A stretch of DNA of 64,000 bases, taken from the NCBI GenBank assembly GCA_041665545.1, contig JBAYIQ010000003.1, positions 3,222-67,221 of the forward strand, given 5' to 3'. Of the stretch, positions 57,069 through 64,000 are shown in pieces. The notes beneath the pieces are model-generated. The model searched no databases and was not told where the DNA came from. It was given only the letters and a program-made list of their open reading frames with translations. The DNA comes from Patescibacteria group bacterium. Lineage in GTDB: Bacteria > Patescibacteriota > Patescibacteriia > UBA1558 > GWA2-36-10. The translations under genes and the position numbers were made by a program. Numbering within the stretch: position 1 is the stretch's first letter; each line of letters starts with the position of its first letter.

Positions 57069-57962
57069 ATGTTGAGTAAAACAAAAAAATTAAATTCTGG
57101 TTTTGTGGCTCTGATATTTGTGATCATGGTTACGTCGCTTTTTATTGTTTCTAGTGTTATTATCGCTATGGTCAATACTTCCAACAACATGGCCAATTAT
57201 CACGTGGCAGAATCAGACGATGTCATGTATAATATTGATGCTTGCCTGAGCGATGCCATGTGGCAGATTGCTTCTAGCACTAGTGCTTCAGGCGATTATT
57301 CTATCAGTAATGTCGGGGGCATAACTTGCGTTTATCAGATTTCTGCTACGGCCTCTGGTTTAAAAACAGTCACTTCCACAGCTACTACTACCTCTGATGT
57401 TGGCTCTTGGAATCGTTCGGTAGTAATGAGAGTCAATGTTTCTAGCTCGCCGTTTTTTATTCAATCGCACAAGGATTATTTGGCCGGAACGTGTTTGAAC
57501 AATTCCTGTTGTGATGATGGCGTCTGCAATGCTACGGAAACTTGTAGCACCTGCTCGGCTGATTGTGGGACTTGTCCGGTCTGTGGCAATGGCACCCCAG
57601 AAACAGGAGAGGACTGCGACGATGGCAATGCCATCAACACCGATGATTGCCTTGATACTTGTGTTAGCCCTTCTTGTGGTGATACTTTTACTTGGGCTGG
57701 ACATGAAGCTTGTGATGATGGTAATGCGATCAATACAGATGATTGCCTTAACACTTGTGTTAGCCCCTCTTGTGGCGATACCTTTATTTGGGCTGGTCAT
57801 GAAACTTGTGAATTTACGGATGAATCTTATTATTGCGAGCCACGAGCTGAGGATTGGTGTGGAAACTGCGTGGATAGTCCAGTGGTTTGTCCTAGCAGAG
57901 AAGACAGTGCTTATTTTTGTCACCAGTGTGTATCCAATAGATTCCTCTGCACAGGTTGTTAA
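57069..57962 (+). CDS. PilX_N-like minor pilin with tandem Myxococcus-type cysteine-rich repeats
   Basis: Start moved to ATG 57069 (the listed ORF begins inside the previous gene). N-terminus KLNSGFVALIFVIMVTSLFIV resembles the PilX N-terminal domain. C-terminal half has two 32-aa Cys-rich repeats (CDDGNAINTDDCL.TCVSPSCGDTF.WAGHE) plus further Cys pairs. Confidence 0.5.
   Translation: MLSKTKKLNSGFVALIFVIMVTSLFIVSSVIIAMVNTSNNMANYHVAESDDVMYNIDACLSDAMWQIASSTSASGDYSISNVGGITCVYQISATASGLKTVTSTATTTSDVGSWNRSVVMRVNVSSSPFFIQSHKDYLAGTCLNNSCCDDGVCNATETCSTCSADCGTCPVCGNGTPETGEDCDDGNAINTDDCLDTCVSPSCGDTFTWAGHEACDDGNAINTDDCLNTCVSPSCGDTFIWAGHETCEFTDESYYCEPRAEDWCGNCVDSPVVCPSREDSAYFCHQCVSNRFLCTGC
57612..57803 (+). 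repeat. 96-bp tandem duplication (2 copies) inside the Cys-rich pilin-like gene
   Basis: Copy 1 ~57612-57707, copy 2 ~57708-57803. Nucleotide differences are mostly third-codon-position (GGC/GGT, GCC/GCG, ACC/ACA); protein repeats are near-identical. Confidence 0.6.
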
Positions 57963-58003
57963 CAAGATATAACGCAAAATAAATTTATTAATTTTATATT
58001 AAA

Positions 58004-59758
58004 ATGGCCAAAGATATTATAGGTCTAGATATGTCAGATGCCTCGATAGAGGTCATAGTACTGAATAAACGCGGTACTGGTTTTAGCGTAACTAGCTATT
58101 CCAGGTACAAAATTTCCCCAGACATTATAGAAGCTGGGCGCATTATCAAAGAGGACCGCTTGAAAGAAGCTCTTTTGGGTATGTTCAAAAATGGTCAGCC
58201 AAAGCCCATCAATCCCGATAAAGTATATTTTTCTATTCCCGAGTCTAGGGCTTTTATCCGCAATATCAGCGTTCCTAAAGTTTTGAAGTCTAAGGAAATA
58301 CCGGAAGCCATACAGCATCAAGCTGAAGAGACCATACCCGAAGCTTTTGATAATTTATTGACGGCTTATCAAGAATTGTCGGTCAATAATAATCACCGGG
58401 AATTTACTTATATTGCCGCTCAAGCTGATATAGTCAGATCATATTTAAAATTATTCAAGGATTTGGGTATAGAAGTGGCTGGTATTACCACGGAGTCAAT
58501 TGCCGCCATTGCGGGCTTGAATGATAAATTTAAAAAAAATACCACCTTACTTTTGGACTTGGGCTCCAAGGTGACTATTGCCAGCATTTATGATTCGCGC
58601 GGGATCAAAGCTTCAATCAATATTGACATTGGTGGCAACGCTATGCTGGTGGCTGTCCAAGAAAGATTCAATATCAGCTACGCTGATGCCGAAAACAGAT
58701 TGCGCGATGTTGGCCTGACCTCGGCTCCCGGTGATGGTGAAGTGATGCTGTTGTTGCAAGGACAGCTCCAGCCGCTGACGGATGAAATAAAACACTTTGT
58801 AGCTTATTGGCAAGAGATGGCTAATATTAAAATTGAACAAGTGGTGCTGGTTGGTGGCTTGACTCAGATGCGTGGTTTGGTGGATTATTTTAGCGCCAAT
58901 TTAGCCGTGCCAGTTTTTATTGGTGAAAGTTTTTTAGTTGATCATCAAGACAAAGATCAAGTGGTATTTACCAAATACATTAATGCTTTGGGTTTGGCCA
59001 GATTAGCCAGTACCAGAAATGAGCTAAATTTTTATAACGACAAAAATAAAGATAAGCTGGGTGTGGTCTCCGACCAGTCAGCGTTTAAAATCCAAGAAGA
59101 CGCTAAATCAGGAAATATTTCAGATCAGGACGAGGTGCTTAAGAAGCCCGTTTGGAAAAAAATATTAACCAACGTTTATTTTATTATTGCTATTATTTTG
59201 GTGGGCTTGGCTGGCGCTGTTTGGTTTTTACGCGCGCCTATCAAAGCACTGCTTAATCCCAAAGTAAGTTTTGATTTTACTAACAAAGCAGTGATAGTCG
59301 GCGTGGCCAATAAGAGCGGGGTTAAAGATTTTGTTTATGCTCAACTAGCGCCTTTTACTTTGACTCAACAGCGTGACTACAAAGACCTAAACTACGATCA
59401 GGTCAAAAGTAATATTTTGGCTGATATGAGCAAACAACTGATTGATGGCTTGAACAAGGAATATACCAAAGGAGCTTTTTACCTTATACCAGCCGTGGTC
59501 AGCACTACTATTGACAGCATACAGCCCAGTCAAGAAAGTTTTGTGCTTGGCCAAGCCATGACTATCAAGGCCACTTTTCAGGTTTTGGCTATCAATCAGT
59601 TTGATATCAAAAACGTTTTGGTTAATCAATTAGAAGCTAGCGATAAATCAAAAGCCGCTAATTTAGATATTAAAGCTTTTAATTATAATATTCAGAGCAT
59701 TGACGCCAATAGCCAAACTGCCAATTTGCAGGTAAATATGACAATTTCTAATAAATAG
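58004..59758 (+). CDS. pilM: type IV pilus assembly PilM-PilN fusion protein
   Basis: 584 aa. N-terminal actin-like ATPase fold with IIGLDMSDASIEVIVL (PilM/FtsA-like). A single TM helix at ~residue 385-407 (ILTNVYFIIAIILVGLAGAVWFL) is followed by a periplasmic domain, consistent with a fused PilN/PilO part. Confidence 0.6.
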   Translation: MAKDIIGLDMSDASIEVIVLNKRGTGFSVTSYSRYKISPDIIEAGRIIKEDRLKEALLGMFKNGQPKPINPDKVYFSIPESRAFIRNISVPKVLKSKEIPEAIQHQAEETIPEAFDNLLTAYQELSVNNNHREFTYIAAQADIVRSYLKLFKDLGIEVAGITTESIAAIAGLNDKFKKNTTLLLDLGSKVTIASIYDSRGIKASINIDIGGNAMLVAVQERFNISYADAENRLRDVGLTSAPGDGEVMLLLQGQLQPLTDEIKHFVAYWQEMANIKIEQVVLVGGLTQMRGLVDYFSANLAVPVFIGESFLVDHQDKDQVVFTKYINALGLARLASTRNELNFYNDKNKDKLGVVSDQSAFKIQEDAKSGNISDQDEVLKKPVWKKILTNVYFIIAIILVGLAGAVWFLRAPIKALLNPKVSFDFTNKAVIVGVANKSGVKDFVYAQLAPFTLTQQRDYKDLNYDQVKSNILADMSKQLIDGLNKEYTKGAFYLIPAVVSTTIDSIQPSQESFVLGQAMTIKATFQVLAINQFDIKNVLVNQLEASDKSKAANLDIKAFNYNIQSIDANSQTANLQVNMTISNK

Positions 59759-59780
59759 AGCTTGTGGATAAGTTAAAAAT

Positions 59781-59809
59781 TTTCAAAAAAAGTCAAAAAG
59801 TGCTATAAT
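59781..59809 (+). promoter_or_regulatory. putative pilin promoter with extended -10 (TGCTATAAT)
   Basis: TATAAT at 59804-59809 preceded by TGC. Weak -35 TTTCAA at 59781-59786 with a 17-nt spacer. About 65 nt upstream of the pilin ATG. Confidence 0.4.
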
Positions 59810-59874
59810 ATAGTTTAAGTTAAATAGTGGGTAGGTAAAATAAAAATATAAGTAATAATTTTAATAATAAAAAT

Positions 59875-60378
59875 ATGCTAAAAAAATTAATTAAAGGTTT
59901 TACTTTAATTGAGTTAATAATCGTGATTGCCGTTATTGCCTTGCTGGCAGCCGCGACCTTTGTGGCTATCAATCCAGCCAAAAGAGTAGGTGATGCCAAC
60001 AATGCCAAGCGTTGGTCTGACATTACGGCTATTGCCGATGCTTATAATGCTTATTTGGCTGATAATTCTGGTACCAACCCCACCACTACTCCAGCACCAA
60101 CAGCGGGTGTCACCTATTCGATAGCTTCTACCACTGGTGGTCTTGTTTTTGCTACTTGTGAGGCAGTTGCCAATGGTAATCCCACGACTACCACAGCTTT
60201 GATTGACTTATCAGCTTTAGTGACAGCTGGCTATATTGGCCAAATTCCAACTGACCCTAGTTATGTTGTTGGTGATTTGTATAATACTGGTTATTATTTT
60301 TATAGAGAATCCACTGGCAAAATGATAGTGGGAGCCTGCGATACTTACAACACTACAAACATTGAGGTGGTTAGGTAG
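59875..60378 (+). CDS. pilA: type IV major pilin (PilA-like)
   Basis: 167 aa. Textbook prepilin N-terminus MLKKLIKG|FTLIELIIVIAVIALLAAATFVAI (short leader, Gly-1, Phe+1, Glu+5). Thr/Pro-rich region NPTTTPAPTAG. C-terminal Cys pair (C...C) for a disulfide loop. Confidence 0.8.
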   Translation: MLKKLIKGFTLIELIIVIAVIALLAAATFVAINPAKRVGDANNAKRWSDITAIADAYNAYLADNSGTNPTTTPAPTAGVTYSIASTTGGLVFATCEAVANGNPTTTTALIDLSALVTAGYIGQIPTDPSYVVGDLYNTGYYFYRESTGKMIVGACDTYNTTNIEVVR

Positions 60379-60576
60379 TTGTAGTTTATTGGTAAATTCG
60401 TTTATTTAGTAGTTTTGTGGTTTATCTGGCGGGGTATTATTATGTTGACCCTCCTTCCCCTAAACCGATCACTTACGCTCTGGTTTATGGTTCGGATGGC
60501 AAGATATGGTGCTTGATTATCTTTGGGGGGCAATGAATAAAAGTTTAGTGTTTATTATAGGGGTACATCAATTAAA

Positions 60577-60605
60577 TTGACAAAAAATAATTAGCACTCT
60601 ATAAT
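60577..60605 (+). promoter_or_regulatory. consensus sigma70 promoter (TTGACA-17-TATAAT) with -10 inside a hairpin/operator-like inverted repeat
   Basis: TTGACA at 60577-60582 and TATAAT at 60600-60605. The -10 lies in the loop of AGCACTC (60593-60599) / GAGTGCT (60609-60615). About 150 nt upstream of the HlyD-family gene. Confidence 0.55.
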
Positions 60606-60755
60606 ATGGAGTGCTAATATGTTATATTAAACTTTACAAATATTTATGAATCCGGTTAGAAATTCAACGTATAATGTTTAGTAATATGTGTATAAATTAT
60701 TTAGCAAAATTTTACTTTAGTAATCAAATATTTAATTATTTAAATTTCTAACCTG

Positions 60756-62432
60756 ATGAAAACATTCTTTTTACAGCTCAAGAAAAAAAGATATTGGATC
60801 CCTCTAGTTATTGTTGGCCTTATTGTGGCTTCGCTTGTTTGGGGGGCTATCAATAAAAATAAAGTGGTTTACACCACTGAAGACGCAGTGCTCAAAAATC
60901 TCAAACAAACCGTAGAAGTGACTGGCACTGTCGAGTCGGCCGATGATATTAATCTTAATTTTGCGGCCAGCGGACGGGTCGGGGCTACACTAGTCAAGAT
61001 TGGTGACCAAGTCAAAGCCAATCAAATACTAGCCAGATTGTCAGCCGGGGATGTGGCTTCACAGGTAGCTGATGCTCAAGCTGCCCTTGATGTGGCCAAA
61101 AGCAATTTAGCGCAACTAATGGCCGGTGCCAGTTCTGAGGATATAAACGTCACACAGAGAGAGTTGGAAAATGCTAAAACCACTTATCAAACAGCTCTTG
61201 ATTCTCTGGCCAATTTACAACAGACCAGCGACGAAGAAATGACCAATTATCGCACTGTGGGTATCAATACTCTGAGCGATAAATTATTTACTATTTCGTA
61301 TGCTTTGGATATTGTGGAAGATGCTATCATGGATAATGACGCTGATACCTATTTGTTTGTCACCAATGTTCAGTTGTTGAATAATAGTAAAGATTTATAT
61401 ACTCAGGTGCTTAAACAAAACACTACTTTAGCGCCCTATATAGAAAAAGCTAAAACTACTAAAGATCAGGCAGATATTTTGACAGCATTGGATGTGTTAA
61501 AACAAACTTTAGAAATGACCTCAAATTTGGTTTCAGATACTTATGACTTGATGCTGGTGACCGTGACCACTGATGTTTATACTCCGACCATAGTCAATTC
61601 TTTCAAATCCAGTCTCAACACTCAAAGTTCTACTTTGAATACAGCGATTACTTCGGTGCAAACTGCGGCTAGTAACATTACAAATAAAGAAACATATTAT
61701 CAGGGACAAATAACGGCCGCTAATAACAGCGTAACATCTGCTTTGAATAGCTTGAATTTAGCGCAAGCGCGTCTTGATTTAAAAAAAGCGCCAGCCAGAT
61801 CATTTGAAATTGACGTAGCTCAAGCCAATATTAGACGAGCGCAAGCCACGGTGGCCAGGTATTACAGCATGATGTCTGACACCATGATCAAAGCGCCAGT
61901 TGATGGCATTGTAACCAAAATCAATGTGGATGTAGGTGAACAATCTAGCGCTTCACAAGCGGCTATTTCTATGATTGGTCTGAGTAATACTCAGATAAAA
62001 GTAGATGTGCCTGAATCAGATATTACCAAAATTAAAGTTGGCAATACGGTTGATATTACCTTGGATGCTTTTGGTAATGATCAGGTATTCAATGGTACGG
62101 TGACATTTATTGATCCAGCATCTACTGTAATTAGCGAAGTAATATATTATAAAGTGACAGTTGGTTTTAATGTTAAAGATGAAAAAATAAAATCAGGCAT
62201 GACTGCCAATTTGACTATCCTGACCAACAATAAAGACAATGTATTGGTAGTGCCTTCTAGGGCTGTATCAGCCAGAGGCGATACTAGATATGTTCAGGTT
62301 TTGATTGATGACAAAGCAGTAGAAAAAGAAGTTCAGGTTGGCTTAAAAGGCGATGATGGTCTGTGGGAAATCACTTCTGGCCTCAATGCCGGTGAAAAAG
62401 TAATTATTTCCACCAAAAACGGTAAAAAATAA
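60756..62432 (+). CDS. HlyD/MacA family periplasmic adaptor (efflux transporter membrane-fusion protein)
   Basis: 558 aa. N-terminal TM anchor, biotinyl/lipoyl-like half-motifs flanking a very long coiled-coil hairpin, C-terminal beta-barrel region (…VQVGLKGDDGLWEITSGLNAGEKVII). Confidence 0.65.
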   Translation: MKTFFLQLKKKRYWIPLVIVGLIVASLVWGAINKNKVVYTTEDAVLKNLKQTVEVTGTVESADDINLNFAASGRVGATLVKIGDQVKANQILARLSAGDVASQVADAQAALDVAKSNLAQLMAGASSEDINVTQRELENAKTTYQTALDSLANLQQTSDEEMTNYRTVGINTLSDKLFTISYALDIVEDAIMDNDADTYLFVTNVQLLNNSKDLYTQVLKQNTTLAPYIEKAKTTKDQADILTALDVLKQTLEMTSNLVSDTYDLMLVTVTTDVYTPTIVNSFKSSLNTQSSTLNTAITSVQTAASNITNKETYYQGQITAANNSVTSALNSLNLAQARLDLKKAPARSFEIDVAQANIRRAQATVARYYSMMSDTMIKAPVDGIVTKINVDVGEQSSASQAAISMIGLSNTQIKVDVPESDITKIKVGNTVDITLDAFGNDQVFNGTVTFIDPASTVISEVIYYKVTVGFNVKDEKIKSGMTANLTILTNNKDNVLVVPSRAVSARGDTRYVQVLIDDKAVEKEVQVGLKGDDGLWEITSGLNAGEKVIISTKNGKK

Positions 62433-62435
62433 AAG

Positions 62436-63140
62436 ATGATAGAACTTATTAATCTTAACAAAGATTATACTAACGAAGAAGTAGTTACACCTGTTTTGCA
62501 TGATATTAATTTGAAGATTGCCAAAGGAGATTTTTTGGCTATCATGGGTCCTTCTGGTTCTGGCAAGTCAACCCTTATGCATATCTTGGGTTTTTTAGAC
62601 ACCTTGACCACTGGTAAATATATTTTTCAAGACAAAGATGTTTCATCTTTGGACGATGATACTTTGGCTGTCTATCGCAACCAAAAAGTTGGTTTTGTTT
62701 TTCAAAGTTTTAACTTGTTACCCAAAACATCAGTCTGGGAAAATGTGCGTTTGCCCTTGCTTTATGCGCAAGATGCTGATGAAAAAAAAGTTGACCAAGC
62801 CATTGCTAGTGTTGAGCTTACTCATCGTTCCAAATATTTATCCAATCAATTGTCTGGTGGCGAAAAACAAAGAGTGGCTATTGCGCGCGCCTTGGTCAAC
62901 AATCCAGATATTATTTTTGCTGATGAACCGACTGGAAATTTAGATTCCAGATCCGGTACGCAGATTATGGCAATTTTACAGAAGCTAAATGCCGAGGGGC
63001 ATACTATTATTTTGGTCACTCACGAAACTAATACCGCCAAGCACGCCAAGCGTATTGTCCGTATCAGAGATGGTGAGATTGTCAGTGATGAGAAAAATGA
63101 TGATCAAATAATTGCTGAAAAAACGGAGTTAGTAAAATGA
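62436..63140 (+). CDS. ABC transporter ATP-binding protein (MacB/LolD-type)
   Basis: 234 aa. Walker [10 protein letters not shown], signature [15 protein letters not shown], Walker [14 protein letters not shown]-loop VTHE. Confidence 0.8.
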   Translation: MIELINLNKDYTNEEVVTPVLHDINLKIAKGDFLAIMGPSGSGKSTLMHILGFLDTLTTGKYIFQDKDVSSLDDDTLAVYRNQKVGFVFQSFNLLPKTSVWENVRLPLLYAQDADEKKVDQAIASVELTHRSKYLSNQLSGGEKQRVAIARALVNNPDIIFADEPTGNLDSRSGTQIMAILQKLNAEGHTIILVTHETNTAKHAKRIVRIRDGEIVSDEKNDDQIIAEKTELVK

Positions 63141-63216
63141 CGAAGTCATCCCGCGCCCTTCAGTCCCGAGACTTCAGGGTCGAGGGAAAAGCAGGGATCC
63201 ATTAATTTCTAACAGT

Positions 63217-64000
63217 ATGTATTTTGATTGGCATCCAGTAATCACTACTTGGCAGATGATCAAGCGTAATAAGATGCGCTCTTTTTTGACTTCCTTGGGT
63301 ATTATTATTGGTATTTCTTCGGTCATTATTATTATTTCTTTGGGTGCTGGTGCTCAGAGTTTGATAGTCAATCAAATCAAGGGTATGGGTTCTGATTTAA
63401 TTGGGGTATTACCGGGCGCCAGTGAGGCCGATGGTCCGCCAGCTTCAGTGATGGGTATAAATATTACTACTCTCAAATACTCCGATGGAGAGGCAGTTAT
63501 GTCTCAGGTGCCGGCTTTGGAGGATTTTACGGCCTATGTAAGTGGTGCGGCTACTGTCAGTTGGCAAAATAAGACCAAAGACACTAGCTTTGCTGGAGTC
63601 AATCATAGCTATATATTTGTCGAAGCTGCTGATGTAGAAAAAGGTCATTTTTTTACCGAAGAAGAAGAGAATTCATCCGCTAGAGTGGTAGTGCTTGGCA
63701 GTGAGGTGGCTGAAGCTTTGTTCGGAAGCAGTGACCCACTCAATGCTCGGGTCAAGATTAATAAGGAAAATTTTGAAGTCATTGGAGTAATGAAAGTTCG
63801 GGGTAGCACTTTTTTTCAAAGTCAGGATAATCAAGTTTTTATTCCACTAAACACCGCCCAGAAAATAATGTTGGGTATTAATTATGTTAATTTATTGCGT
63901 TTTAAGATGGCACCTGGCGCTGATTTGGATTTTACTATTGAAAACATAAAAAGTGTTATTAGGGATAGGCACGGTGTATCTGATCCAGAGCAGGATGATT
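63217..64000 (+). CDS. ABC transporter permease, MacB/FtsX-like (3' end truncated by window edge)
   Basis: ORF from ATG 63217 runs to the window end without a stop. N-terminal TM helix (SFLTSLGIIIGISSVIIIISLGAGAQ) then a MacB-type periplasmic domain start (VNQIKGMGSDLIGVLPG...). Missing from the ORF track because no in-window stop. Confidence 0.6.
   Translation, partial: MYFDWHPVITTWQMIKRNKMRSFLTSLGIIIGISSVIIIISLGAGAQSLIVNQIKGMGSDLIGVLPGASEADGPPASVMGINITTLKYSDGEAVMSQVPALEDFTAYVSGAATVSWQNKTKDTSFAGVNHSYIFVEAADVEKGHFFTEEEENSSARVVVLGSEVAEALFGSSDPLNARVKINKENFEVIGVMKVRGSTFFQSQDNQVFIPLNTAQKIMLGINYVNLLRFKMAPGADLDFTIENIKSVIRDRHGVSDPEQDD

Noticed and set aside
57360-57977. Overlapping ORFs on both strands (57360-57977 -, 57476-57754 -, 57511-57972 +) within the Cys-rich pilin-like gene
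   Set aside because: These are artefacts of the GC-richer tandem-repeat region. The + frame encoding the Myxococcus-type Cys repeats with a prepilin-like N-terminus is the only frame with recognisable protein features.
63137-63205. 22-codon GC-rich mini-ORF ([22 protein letters not shown]) between ABC ATPase and permease
   Set aside because: Its codon usage is inconsistent with the genome, and it has no RBS or motif. It is more likely a non-coding structured spacer, reported above as a finding.
1-64000. Alternative genetic code (UGA=Gly/Trp, as in Gracilibacteria/Absconditabacteria/mycoplasmas)
   Set aside because: Long uninterrupted ORFs with intact conserved domains are obtained with the standard code. 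Several genes terminate with TGA exactly where homolog lengths predict (e.g., the ABC ATPase at 63138-63140).
1-64000. CRISPR arrays, rRNA or tRNA genes
   Set aside because: No regularly spaced direct repeats and no GC-rich cloverleaf or rRNA-like segments found. The only short tandem repeat is the 96-bp in-frame duplication at 57612-57803.

Overview
This window is AT-rich (roughly 30-35% GC), densely packed and almost entirely on the + strand, and uses the standard genetic code. The gene content looks like a Patescibacteria (CPR)-like bacterium or a similarly reduced Gram-positive-like one; this is inference only. There are three blocks. (1) About 0.3-45 kb is a very large glycan and protein-glycosylation island. 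It contains a 1234-aa Thr-rich secreted surface protein; three paralogous O-antigen-ligase (Wzy_C)-like membrane proteins with C-terminal TPR domains; many GT4 and GT2 glycosyltransferases; an MsbA-like ABC exporter; an initiating polyprenyl-phosphate sugar transferase; two B12-binding radical SAM enzymes; an FkbM methyltransferase; a complete pseudaminic/legionaminic-type nonulosonic acid pathway (PseB-like dehydratase, two DegT aminotransferases, GNAT, NeuB-family synthase, CMP-transferase, formyltransferase, PseA/HisH/HisF amidotransferase module); a Capsule_synth-like transferase; a solitary GIY-YIG gene beside a GC-rich element with terminal inverted repeats; and an odd three-gene insert (divergent RtcB-like, FemAB-like GNAT fold, deacetylase-like) followed by a CDP-alcohol phosphatidyltransferase. 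(2) About 45.5-60.4 kb is a compact chemosensory module (MCP-like, CheW, CheA, CheY) placed directly upstream of a type IV pilus locus: PilB, PilC, three prepilin-type proteins including a 1037-aa DUF2341+LamG protein, a PilX-like protein with Myxococcus cysteine-rich repeats, a PilM-PilN fusion and the major pilin. (3) From 60.7 kb to the window end is a HlyD/MacB-type tripartite ABC efflux system, truncated by the window edge. The most interesting hypotheses are a Che-like signalling system wired to type IV pili, and a protein O-glycosylation system (Wzy_C/TPR oligosaccharyltransferase-like enzymes plus nonulosonic acid synthesis) acting on the surface protein and pilins. All functional calls rest on motif recognition by eye; no database searches were run.
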